Positions 52,041 through 64,000 of a DNA stretch of 64,000 nucleotides are shown here, piece by piece. This DNA comes from Octopus vulgaris (taxonomy: Eukaryota). The stretch lies in NCBI GenBank assembly GCA_951406725.2, contig OX597817.1, forward strand, positions 51,026,001 to 51,090,000. The letters are read 5' to 3'. The notes below the pieces were generated by a model. The model searched no databases. It saw nothing but the letters and a program-made list of their open reading frames with translations, and had not been told where the DNA came from. The first letter of the stretch is position 1. Every line of letters starts with the position of its first letter. The position numbers and the translations under genes were made by a program.

Positions 52041-52810
52041 AAGGCGGCGAGCTGGTAGAATCGTTAGCACGCCGGGCGAAATGCGTAGCCGTATTTCGTC
52101 TGCTGTTACGTTCTGAGTTCAAATTCCGCCGAAGTCGACTTTGCCTTTCATCATTTCGAGGTCGATAAATTAAGTACCAGTTAGGTACTGAAGTCGATGT
52201 AATCGACTTAATCCGTTTGTCTGTCCTTGTTTGTCTTCTCTGTGTTTAGCTCCATGCGGGTAGTAAAGAAATAGGTATTGAAAGGCGGTGAACTGGGAGA
52301 AACGTTAGCACGCCGGACGTAATGCTTAGCAGTATTTTGTCCGTCGCTTGGTTCTGAGTTCAAATTCCGCTGAGGTCGACTTTGCCTTTCATCCTTTCGG
52401 GGTCGATAAATTAAGTACCAGTTACGCACTGGGGTCGATATAATTGACTTAATCCGTTTGTCTGTCCTTGTTTGTCTCCTCTGTGTTTAGCCCCTTGTGA
52501 GTAGTAAAGACATAGGAATGCTACTGTTCTTTTTAGGATTTTTGGTATGCATTAGCCTATTCTCATGATTTATAATATTCCAAGACTTGAAGACGGGAAG
52601 CTGACAGAATCGTTGGCATACTGGGCGATAAGGGTTAGCGGCATTTCTTCCGTCTTCATGTTCTGAGTTCAAATTACGCTGTGGTCAACTTTGCCTTTCA
52701 TCCTCTCAGAATCGATAAAATAGGTACCTGTGTACTAGAGAAATCGATGTAATTAGCTTATACCCTCGCACCAAAATTGCTGGCCTAGTGACAAAATTTG
52801 AGATCAATAT
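52041..52810 (+). mobile_element. Cluster of three SINE B copies
   Basis: Complete units at ~52041-52280 and ~52283-52516; diverged unit at ~52590-52810. Confidence 0.9.
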
Positions 52811-53371
52811 TCCAAAATATGATCTTAATTGGAACTTCCTGAATTTTGTACTTCACTTGTAAATTAACTTAGAGACATTAACTAATGATTTATTACAAAT
52901 TAATTCTTCTTTTCATCAAGCGTCTCTGACAATTAACCAATAGCGTTTCTGTTTCAATACTGCAGCTGAAAGGAAGGTTCGATGAATTATTCGTTTTGTG
53001 TACAGCATATATTTCACGACTCCATAAATTATAGATTGCGCGTCATGCGTTATATTATTAAGGAAAGATTGTACCGGGTGTGTGTTACGTGCACAGAATT
53101 TACAGTTTGGGTTGCAGGTACCTTCCATTTGTTTCAGTCATTAGACGACTGCTATGCTCGCTACTAGATATATCGGTGCTTTATATTGAAATGCTAAGTT
53201 ACGGAGGCGTAAGTAAATCCGACACTGGTTGTCAAGTGGCGTTGGGACAACATATATATATGCAACACACACACACACACACACACAACACGTACGTATG
53301 TATATACATATATCCAAACATTAATACATAAATATATACATACGTACACCCAACCCCATATATAATTATAA

Positions 53372-53728
53372 TCGTAGGAGTGGCTGTGTGGTAAGTAGCT
53401 TGCTTACGAACTACATGGTTCTGGGTTCAGTCCCACTGCGTGGCACCTTGGGCAAGTGTCATATACTATAGGCCCGGGCCGACCAAAGCCTTGTGAGTGG
53501 ATTTGGTAGACGGAAACTGAAAGAAGCCCGTCGTATATATGTACATATATATGTGTGTGTTTGTGTGTCTATGTTTGCCCCCCCCCCCAACATCACTTGA
53601 CAATCGATGCTGGTGTGTTTACGTCCCCGTAACTTAGGCTTACAAAGAATAAGTCCTGGGGTCCATTTGCTCGACTAAAGGTGGTGCTCCAGCATGGCCA
53701 CAATCAAATGACTGAAACAAGTAAAAGA

Positions 53729-53730
<2 letters not shown>
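53372..53730 (+). mobile_element. SINE family A with a short internal deletion
   Basis: Full head and tail; gtaacttaggcttacaaag junction lacks the cggttcggcaaaa...agtac segment. Confidence 0.9.
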
Positions 53731-53763
<33 letters not shown>

Positions 53764-54516
53764 AAAATGAGTTGTTGAAAATGCACCTAAATTTAAAAAA
53801 ACTCGTAGTTTTAAAATACATTTATTTACATATATACCAAACTAGTTTCAACAATCTTTTTTGTTTGTCAATAGTAAAAGTTTGAAATTATGAATTAGAA
53901 AAACATCTTTAAAAGTTTCAATGTTGACAAATTAAAATGTTCAAAACATAAATTTATCATTCTGAATTAGGAGGACAGGTGCAAGTTTAAATGTTCATAG
54001 CAGTCAATAATATTAAAGCTGTACATCAGTTTCTTTGAATGTACAAAGTTCATTAATGTTAAAGAAATATAATTCGAATAAAGAAATATAATGTTAGCGG
54101 TGATCGACAAGTCATGAGAGGAAAAACAAGAGACAAATGAAAATAGTACAAAAAAAAAGGGAATTTGGTTTACAGTTTCTCTGATCCTCTTTCCGTAGAT
54201 GCGTTCGCTTGTAGTTTTATGTTTTGGGATCAGATGCATTTATAATTTATTCCGGGAGCGGATCTGATTTTTGATTCGTTAAAATACTGGTGACGTTTTT
54301 TTCAGTGGTCAAGCTTGTCGTTCTGCTTGGTTGCAATCCGTGAACTTGAAAAATTAACTCTATTTCAGCTTATTGTACTTCGATATGGAGAAAAAGCAAC
54401 TTACAACCTCTGCGCCGCTAAACAATTATGGTTCCTGAAAGTTTCCTTTATATATTCTACGGTTTCCTCGAAGTTCACTAACTTCCATCCTTGGATCTTA
54501 CCTTTATATATATGAT

Positions 54517-54877
54517 TGTGTGGTAAGAAGCTTGCTTCCCAACTACATGGTTGCGGGTTCACTTCCACTGTGTGGCACCTTGGGCAGGTGTCTTCTGCTA
54601 TAGCTTCGGACCAATCAATGCCTTGTGAGTGGATTTGGTTGACGGAAACTGAAAGAAGCCTATCATACATGTGTGTGTGCATTCGCATGTGTGTCTGTGT
54701 CTGTGCCCTCATCATCGCTTGAAAAACGATGTTGGTGGGTTTACGTCCCCGTAACTTAGCGGTTCGGCAAAAGTGACTGGTAGAATAAGTTCTAGGCTTA
54801 CAAAGAATAAGTCCTGGGGTTGATTTGTTCGACTAAAGGCGATGTTCCATCATGGCCGCAGTCAAATCACTGAAACA
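54517..54877 (+). mobile_element. SINE family A
   Basis: Head to gactgaaac-type tail; a decayed inverted 5' half follows at ~54880-55030. Confidence 0.85.
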
Positions 54878-56503
54878 TATATACGATGGGCTTGTTACAG
54901 TTTTTGCCTTCCAAGTGGACTCAAGAGGACTGAAGCTATCATAGAAAATATTTGTCCAAGATCCCTGTTAGTGAATGAAATCACGAAACATGTTGTTGGG
55001 AAGCAAACGTGTTACCTCACAAGCACGCCTGTGCCTGAATTAAAATGAAATGTGCTTTTCGGAGGATATGAGCTATCTTTTGAACAAAGGTTGAAAGATA
55101 TGAACAAAAAGCGTCAGTCCTTGACAATGGTCACAACCTTTCACAGTCTGTGAGCACTTCAGTTATTATTAGAACTCATTTTCACTAGCATCTTAAACCT
55201 GCTGCTGTTTCAATTCCACCACCCCTACACTTTGGAAAATCCCCTAGGTCATTCTGATTAGCGGTTTACTAAGAATAGACATGTCTCGGGAGTTTTCCTC
55301 ACCTTAACATCTGATCTTTTGCGTTTATCTTAGAAACGGTCTTATCTGCAAATAAACTCTAACTTGAAAGGATGAGAGACCTAGAGACACCATTGTGAAC
55401 TGCATTATTGGGTTAGTTGCATAGCTTTCATTAACATTGGTATCTTCTGTCGCTATTTTCATTTTTACATTGTTGATACTAAACATTAAGTTTCTCCGTT
55501 TAGCCTCCAGTTTGAAATTATTGTTGGCTGTAATGTCAAATTACGTCCTCTGTATCTTTGTGTGTCGGAAAAAGGTTAGCTTTGGAGTAGATTTTCACTC
55601 TATTTTTCTTGTTACATTAAGAAATACTGTTTTGACACATCTAAGTATATTGCTTTGGTGTCATAAATGTCAGATTTGAATTTCTCCTTTATATAGACAT
55701 TTTCTTATAGTTTTAGTTAAACTGGATACGCATCATTATTTGTGAATATTTATTAGACTATATTTTGAAGTATCTCTCTCTTTGTATCTAACCCCGACCG
55801 CTCTCTCAGAGTAGGTAAATTATATTTACATGAACTTCGTAGTTGTAGGGTTCGAAAATTTTTAGTTGATTCTCAGTTTTCAAAGAATACTAATATTTCA
55901 ACAAGTTTCAACTGTTCCATTCTTGAAACTTTCATTTGTAACTGCGCACATTCTTTTATAAAATTCCAATATTTTTAGTCCAAGATAAAAAATATTTCTA
56001 CTTGAAACGCGATTCATTAATACAGTGAACAACATATGAATGCCAAACATATAATGGGTCCCTGAAGATATATAATATTTGAGTAAACTGTTTTTAATTT
56101 CGTAATTGTATAAAGTAAAACCTAAAATATTTCCAATGGAAGCTACCTGCCATTTCGCTATGAAGTTGTTCCTAATATCACCTATTAGTTATACCTTTGA
56201 TTTTAATGTATGGTATTCGTTTTAGCTCGTAATGAACCGTTTGTTTTTGGCTTAGTTAAATTCTTATGGGAATTTTCATTAAAGGAAATCCAGAGTATCA
56301 GACAGATAATTTCATTTTTATATCGTTTTTATATCATATTTAATGCAGCGTTAGAGTTTATTGCATGTGCAAAAACAGTAATTGATGCAACTCTGCTCGA
56401 GCATTAAGAGCAGAACTAAAAAACACAACGATTATTTGGTGCGGCATTTGACGGTTATCAGGTACTCTTGGCGTGGAAAGGACATGGAAAGGAGATTGAT
56501 AGA

Positions 56504-56731
56504 GAGGCGAGCTGGCAGAATCGTTAGCACGCCGGGCGAAATGCTTAGCGGTATTTCGTCAGCCGCTACGTTCTGAGTTCAAATTACGCCGAGGGCGACT
56601 TTGCCTTTCATCCTTTCGGGGTCGACTAAATAAGTACCAGTTACGCACTGGGGTCGATGTAATCGACTTAATCCGTTTGTCTCTCCTTGTTTGTCCCCTC
56701 TATGTTTAACCCCTTGTGGGCAATAAAGAAA
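56504..56731 (+). mobile_element. SINE family B monomer followed by (GATA)n
   Basis: Near-consensus copy; (GATA)n at 56737-56841; decayed SINE A 3' half at ~56870-57080. Confidence 0.9.
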
Positions 56732-56736
56732 CAGAG

Positions 56737-56842
<106 letters not shown>

Positions 56843-57726
56843 AGATATAAATATATATATATGTGTATTTCTCTGTGTGTGTCGGTTGTTGCCTTTGTGT
56901 TTGTGCCTGTTAACGATCCTACACTGCTTGGGAGCCGGTGTGGTAATGTTTACGTTCCCGTAATTTAATAGTTCGGCAAAAGGGATGGTAGAATAAATAC
57001 GAGACTAACAAAATGGATGCTATTCTTTTCAAGCGGTGTCCCAGCATGACTGTAGTCCAATAACTGAAACAAGCAAAAGATAAATAATAGATTTCTGTGT
57101 TATAGCTTGAACAATAATGATTCAAAGATCTGTTAAATATTAAATGCTGTTTCAAATAACATAGCAGTGTTGGCACTTACCAATATCGTTTATATCTCAT
57201 ATCTCACTGTGTGATCAAGCATGCAACTATATTACACAAATAAAAAAAACTTTAAATTAAATTGCATATCTCAGACCATGAGTAATACAATATCACTGTT
57301 TCCATGTAACTAATACTATTACTACTGGAAGTAAAAACCGTTCATCGCTGTTCAAAAGGTTCGTTTTGACCCAGGTGAGACAATTCGACATAACTAGGAA
57401 CCATTCCTACGATATAGGTAATGTTTAATGCATTAATACATTCGTTTGTTGAACAGAAACGATATCGATGGAAATGCATAAAGGTATATAAAGGATTGTA
57501 ATGATGGAAAAACAGGATAAAGAGAGGAAAATAGCGTCATGTAATTCTTTTCTGTTATTGGTGTTATTCGTAATATAATTTCAGAGAATGCCTCGGTGTG
57601 CAGCCATTTTAACTCTTGACTATAAGTGCATTTACTTCCATGTCCATGTAGTTCTATTTCCCAGAATTTCGTAATCTGTGAGTAACAGGAAATATAGCCT
57701 AGAACCTAAGCATAAGTTATATGACA

Positions 57727-57838
57727 GTATGTATGTATGTATGTATGTATGTATGTATAATATATGTGTATATATATATACATATATATATACATATAAA
57801 CAGATGTATACACATATAAACACATATATATATGTATA

Positions 57839-57874
<36 letters not shown>

Positions 57875-58328
57875 CATATAAACAGATATATACACATATA
57901 AACACATATACATATATATATACATATATATATACATATAAACAGATATATACACATATAAACACATATACATATATATATGCATGTATATATACATATA
58001 TATACATATACAATATATACATATATATATATATATACATGTATATATACATATACATGTATAAATATGTATAATATATGTGCATATATATATACATATA
58101 TATATACATATAGAAACATATACATATACATATATATATGTATATATATACATATATATGCATGTAGATATACATATACAATATATACATATATACATGT
58201 ATATATACATATATATATATATATACATATATACCAATATAAACATATATATATACATAACGTATACATGCACATATACATACATACGTATATGTATGTG
58301 TGCATGGCTGTGTATGTGTATGTGTAAT

Positions 58329-58390
<62 letters not shown>
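57727..58390. repeat. TA-rich compound micro/minisatellite
   Basis: Includes three copies of catataaacagat(g/a)tatacacatataaacacatata. Confidence 0.9.
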
Positions 58391-58394
<4 letters not shown>

Positions 58395-59312
58395 AATAAG
58401 AGAAAAACTATAGAATTCACAAAGAGTCGTTGACATTATTATATTAAATCTTCGCGGAACCCGTACAATATTACTTGAGATTTGCGTGTTCCTAATCTCT
58501 GAGGCATCTCATAGTGTATTGTAATGTTTCTATGTCTAAACTTTCACAAGACATGGATTGGTCATTGACTAAGACAGGCCATAATTGATTCTTATAAACG
58601 TTGGAAACTACTGGAGGAAAGGAAATATTGTTTCAAAGTAAAGACAAGTCATGCCAAAAATTGGCGATAGTCTTCCGATCTTGCCAAAAGAAAAACTGAG
58701 AAAATAATTAGTGAATGTATTAGCGCATATACTAATTACGGACTCTAAATAAATAGTAATAGTAACGTTAGGAATAATAATTAATTTTATTGCATGTATG
58801 ATTTTGTTGAATACACATTCCTTGGTTTAACTTACGGGCAGTTTTATTGATCCCGGTTCCTTACTAAGCTTTGTATCACATTGTTCGCTTAAGAACAGTT
58901 TTATCTTTTCACTACGAGGATGATCGACTTTATTTGTCAGAAACGGTTGGTATTTAGGCTATATTTTAGGAAATCTCTGCTAGCCTAGTGCAGTCATATA
59001 ACTATTCGAAGTCTGTTTTGTATCAGAATGTGTTTAATGCGTTGCTGTTTTAGTTCCGATTCATGAAACCATTAACAAGCTCCCTCTTATGCATTCACGA
59101 CGCGACCAGAACTGTCAAAAGCTTGAGGATCTTAATCGTTCATAAATAACAGTAACTACGTGAAATGCTGTGCAATTTTCCCTTGGAATAGGGTTGTGCT
59201 GCACCGTGTATTTGTCGGACAAAATGCTAACCGGAATTTCGTCCAACGTGCTAACGATTCTGCCAGTTCGCTGCCTTAAAACAATTTTAATATTGCAGAT
59301 TCATTTTAGATA

Positions 59313-59540
59313 TTGGGTTGTCCGGAAATTTGTGCCGATTTATAGTAGCTTACATTTCGACTTATTTTAGAACATGATTGAGTCCATAAAAGAGGATTTG
59401 ACTACACCTCCAATTAGAGAACAATTTAAGCTATATTTTCGTGGAAGAAGGTTTATGTTCCTATAACCTGTGTTAATTCAGTAACCCTTTAAAATGGAAG
59501 ATAAGAAAGTTCATTTTCGGCACTTGATGCTTTGGGAAAC
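59313..59540 (+). mobile_element. mariner transposon 5' end with truncated transposase start
   Basis: TA|TTGGGTTGTCCGGAAA TIR-like end; ATG at 59494 gives MEDKKVHFRHLMLWE, resembling mariner transposase N-termini. Confidence 0.75.
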
Positions 59541-60009
59541 AGACAAAAATTGCTGCAGTATGAATTTCCGTGAGTTTATGTGTGTGTCTTTATATGTGTG
59601 CGCTAGCGTGCGTGCGAGTATTAGCGTACGTGTGTTCTGTCAAAGAAAACAGCTGACATTCTATATCACTCAGTCTTTCGGGTGTTGTGTGTAGGTTTTT
59701 CTAAGAAGTCAATGTGCGCAACCCCAGCAGGATGTTTCGGTTATAAAAGGCTTCATCAGGTATCAATTCAGATTTATACGGGGTTTCTAGTCCGGAAAAA
59801 TATCTTTCTGGTGCAGTTTTTACACGATGACACATGCCAAGAGAGAGAATCTTATTTACGCATTCGTAGCCATGCTACTGGTTCTATATTCGTATTGTTC
59901 AGGACTAAGGCTGAAGAGCGAACAGTTCTTCTAGATGTATTTTCTACTAGGTGTATTATGCGCTATGCCTTATGTTGTTAAATTGTGCAAGTCTATTGTG
60001 CCAGCATTG

Positions 60010-60040
<31 letters not shown>

Positions 60041-60076
60041 TGTCTCTCTCTCTCTCACACACACATATATATACAT

Positions 60077-60212
60077 AAGAACCCGCTGGCTTGACGCCGT
60101 CACGAGTGATACCGGAATGGACATAGCCAATCTGAAAGAAGCGGCCCAGGATAGAACTGACTGGAGGACACTGATCCAACGAGTAACCGAGAGTCGACTT
60201 CGACTGAGCGGA
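60077..60212 (+). mobile_element. RTE (BovB-like) LINE extreme 3' fragment
   Basis: [45 protein letters not shown] resembles the RTE/BovB C-terminus (RW.D...DR..WR...V..SR.RL). Confidence 0.8.
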
Positions 60213-60215
60213 TGC

Positions 60216-60303
<88 letters not shown>

Positions 60304-60331
60304 GTGTGTTTGTGTGTGTGTGTGTGTGTGC

Positions 60332-60370
<39 letters not shown>

Positions 60371-60454
60371 AACACGCAGAGGACAGGGAGAGTCCAGAGA
60401 AAGAGGAGAGAGACGGAGAGAGGAGAGAGAGGAGAAAAGTGATGTATATATCTA

Positions 60455-60487
<33 letters not shown>

Positions 60488-60659
60488 TACCTGAGAATTG
60501 AATATAACAGGCGAGTTTGTCCCTATATACATACATTCATACATAAATACATACTATATATATATATATAGACGAATAAGTGGACAAAGGAAAGAAGGCC
60601 ACTCAACAAATTTATTGAAAGTTAGATGTATGGATCAAATGAGTTTGATTCAAATTCGG

Positions 60660-60753
60660 GTTGTTACTCTTGAGTTTCAAGTATGATGCCATTCAAATTC
60701 ATATTCAAAATGTCTGACGACTATCATCACGCTTGCAACTGAAGAGTAACAAC
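60660..60753. ncRNA. Inverted pair of hammerhead-like motifs
   Basis: Plus 60711-60753: TGT-CTGACGA-ctatcatcacgctt-GcAACTgaaGAGTA-ACA; minus 60694-60660: gaatggcatcatactt-GAAACTCaaGAGTA-ACAac. Confidence 0.5.
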
Positions 60754-60790
60754 AAATTTCAATTTAGAATTATATATATATGTGAGCTCT

Positions 60791-60823
<33 letters not shown>

Positions 60824-62349
60824 ATTTAGAGAGAATAACTTTTGCTGTAGATATCTCTCGAATTAATGGTTATCTAGTTATATAGTTTTAATGAGACGTT
60901 TTCCATTTTAGCGTACTATTTCCAGACCTTGTGTTTAGAACTTCATCATTCTTGAATAAATTATCATTCGTTCAAGGCCTTCATCATATTATTCTTAATA
61001 TCAAGTGATGTTGCTGTGTGTTACTCCTTCACATTTGTCGTGGTTGTGGTTGCATTGGAGTCTTTCGTTCACACCGACATGTTATCGTTTTTATTATCTC
61101 TAATGCGTCATCAATCAGACACATATTTTCGTTTGTGGATGAAGTCAATTACACACCTACTGATGTTAGCAATGTGCCATGTTATCAACTTTGCGCCTAT
61201 CATTTATCTTTTTTTTTTATTTTGGCATGGAATCTTACAGAATGTGGTTTTGTTGTTCGCTAGTGTTTTCGTATCTTGTTCAGTTTGTTTTATTTCGTGT
61301 ACACATTGTCTGCTTGTAAGTTCAAAGGAGGCAGTGAGTAACTTAATTACATAACCAATCTATCATTAGAAGTTTTCATGACTACAGCTTTCAGTTTTGA
61401 CACCGGATGTATAAATCAAATTAGTAATTAATACCTTGTTGTTCAAGTGTATAAAAGCTTGAGATGTATTAGTGATAAGAGATTTTTTTGTTCGTCATTT
61501 TTATAATAGTAAATTTTTAATCTGACACTAAGAAGGTGAATAATCGTTTCCACAAACAAAAGAAGAGATAAGAAAATTCCCAGAATAAAACGGATACTAA
61601 TCGTCTACGAGTATTAAAAAAACAATGACAAACTAATCCATATGACAATAAAAATTCGAATGAAACCTACCAATTTCAAAAGACACTACACCTGTTAAAA
61701 ATACACGTAAAATGCATTATGAATCAAATATGATCAAGTATAGAAGATGAACATTCAAAAACAACCATCGAACAGAAAAAAAACATACATTAAACTATTC
61801 CAACCGTTTATAGAAGCTGCTACGATTCTTTATTGACTATACCAAAAATATTCTTCAATGATGAAATGCTTATAACACAGATCAATGTGAAAATAAATAA
61901 ATAAATAAACCGTGATAAGATATGAAAAGAATATGGCGGAGAATAAATCTGTGAAAGGCGGCTAAATCTGATGGAAATATCTAAAGGAATCATATTAAGT
62001 GTACAGTTCCTCTGATATATTGTGTTTTAACATAGCACGTCTATAACAGATTTTTATTTCGTATAGAATTGCTTTTAGAGAAAACCGCAGTAATTTGCCT
62101 GTCAGCAACAAATGCATATTTTAAGTTAATGTGGCTTTATCTGGACTGGTGTGTATCCGTTTTGGAATATTAGTGAGTGTATGATTAATTATTTTCTATA
62201 TATATATGAAACGATAAATCCTGTATAAGCATTTGACGGTGATACACACGTCATTGATAAGACCTAGAAGCGTGACATGCATATAGCGTATTAGCTAGTC
62301 GCTCCCATGTGTTTGTGTGTTTATCACCACCTCATCGCCTGACAACCAA

Positions 62350-62542
62350 GGCTGGACTTCTTCCTGTCGAGATTAATCTACCTCACGGCAAGAGGTGAAA
62401 ATGGGGGTAGCTATATTAAACTCCATTCTACACCAAGTGTGATATGTTAAAGGAAGATTTCGGTAATAAAAGTGTAGCAAAACGGCGATGATCCAGCATG
62501 GCCACAGCTATGACTGAAACTACAAAAAAATAATAAAAAAAA
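62350..62542 (+). mobile_element. 3' end of the same LINE family as 41372-41732
   Basis: gctggacttcttcctgtcgaga...ctacctcacggcaagaggtg...aaactccattct..accaagtg...ccagcatggccacagctatgactgaaacta + A tract. Confidence 0.85.
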
Positions 62543-64000
62543 CTCAACAACACATAAATTTAAATTATTATAAATTATTTCATTTCTATTTGATTTCATT
62601 TCTATTCACATATTCATTCCGCAATTCTACAAAGTTATTCAAATTTAAAATTACATAAGAATAATAAAAATAAGATGAAACTATTCTTTATTCCCACATT
62701 GACTGAATCGTAGTCGTCAGACGCCAGATAACGTTTTTTTCAAATAGAGTCCTTTTGGAATATAATAAAGTTTCTGTGGGAGAACAATCTTACTCTTGTG
62801 TTAGATGCTTTAAATGAATTTCCTCCTATTTAATATTTCAGAAAATTGTGTGAAAAATAGCAGATGTGGTGAATATATATTCCAATGCCTTATGTAGGGT
62901 TTTATATAAAGGGATCAATATTTGTGATAATATATAACAATGATTTACAGGAAATAAGCAAATGTGAGAGGTGCGCCCTACGGATAGGGTATCGATTTTC
63001 AGATAACATTGCTTATTTGCTAAATATTTTATCAACTTTAAAGGGTTAAAATATACAGGGACGTCTTGAAATTTACTGACGCGTTATATTTCTAAGGTTT
63101 ACTTTCTTGACCATTCTCATATTTCTACTAAATACGAAATATACCTAATATTTTGTCAAAGATTAAATACACACACTAAAATAAGCAATAAGTGAATTTT
63201 GGATTGGTTGTCTTTTAAGTAGTTCTGGTGGCATATTTGTCCAAAAAGACAAGCTGTTTATTGATTTCAGTGATTATGGAGAAATGCCAGATATGCATTC
63301 AAGAATGAGACAATGAACAAAATATTCTGATTGGTTGGCTGATGACTGGTCTGTCCAGTAATGTCTGACTGTTTATTAGTTTTAATACACTGTTGATTTC
63401 ATTCGGGGAAGTCATTAAACGGTTGATTAGTTTTTGCTCTAGGAATGTGATGTGATTTTTTAATACACTTCTATGTTTAATGGTGCATTTGTGCGTTTGT
63501 GTCCGTGTGCTTTTGTATGGGTGCGTGGTTTTGTTTAATTTTTTTTCAATAATTTATTGTAGTGACAAAAGTAAGAATATCAACATTAATATGCGGTGGT
63601 TAGTTGATTTGGTTCATTTGGGACTGTCATTTTTAAGTAATATTTTCTGTGCTTCGATCGAGTTGTTATACGCATCACTTAAAGTTTTTTTAACCAAATG
63701 TTTTATCACTTTTTTCGTTTGTTTGAATAATCCTTTGAAGATTTATGGAATGTGAAAATCTCAAATTATTTCTCTTTTCCTTCTTTTTTGTTTTGGTTTC
63801 GCACAGTGGGAAGCCAGCCCCGTAATTTTGCTTGTGTAATCTGCTGCTTATGTGTTCTTGCTCATTTACAATTGGAGTTACAACGTAATTTTCCTTGGAG
63901 GTGAGGAAGTGTATACAATAGAATCGATTTCCTGTTTTGCAGTTCATATTTCATTTGGAAAGAGAATCAGATTCCACATATGCTTTGGCTCCAGTTCCTA

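Overview
AT-rich, microsatellite-dense eukaryotic DNA; the repeat content looks like a coleoid cephalopod, probably Octopus (inference from the SINE types). No host gene can be called with confidence, so this is probably intronic or intergenic DNA. Main element: an apparently full-length CR1/L2-group LINE on the minus strand (~17188-21975) inside a TA/TATG microsatellite, with an intact 1005-aa APE-RT ORF2 and an unusual ORF1 (Myb/SANT-like helix + polyQ + two CCCH fingers). A slippery T6 run sits at the ORF1/ORF2 junction. Also present: a decayed Penelope-like element (RT + GIY-YIG), an R4/Dong-type RLE fragment inside a (TAA)n tract, RTE and CR1-group fragments, non-autonomous Helitrons, Tc1/mariner-type MITEs, and many tRNA-derived SINEs with four head types and swappable tails. 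Several short cassettes lodged in (TA)n tracts carry minimal hammerhead-ribozyme-like motifs. Most ORFs in the supplied track are microsatellite artefacts. All coordinates were read by eye and ends are approximate.
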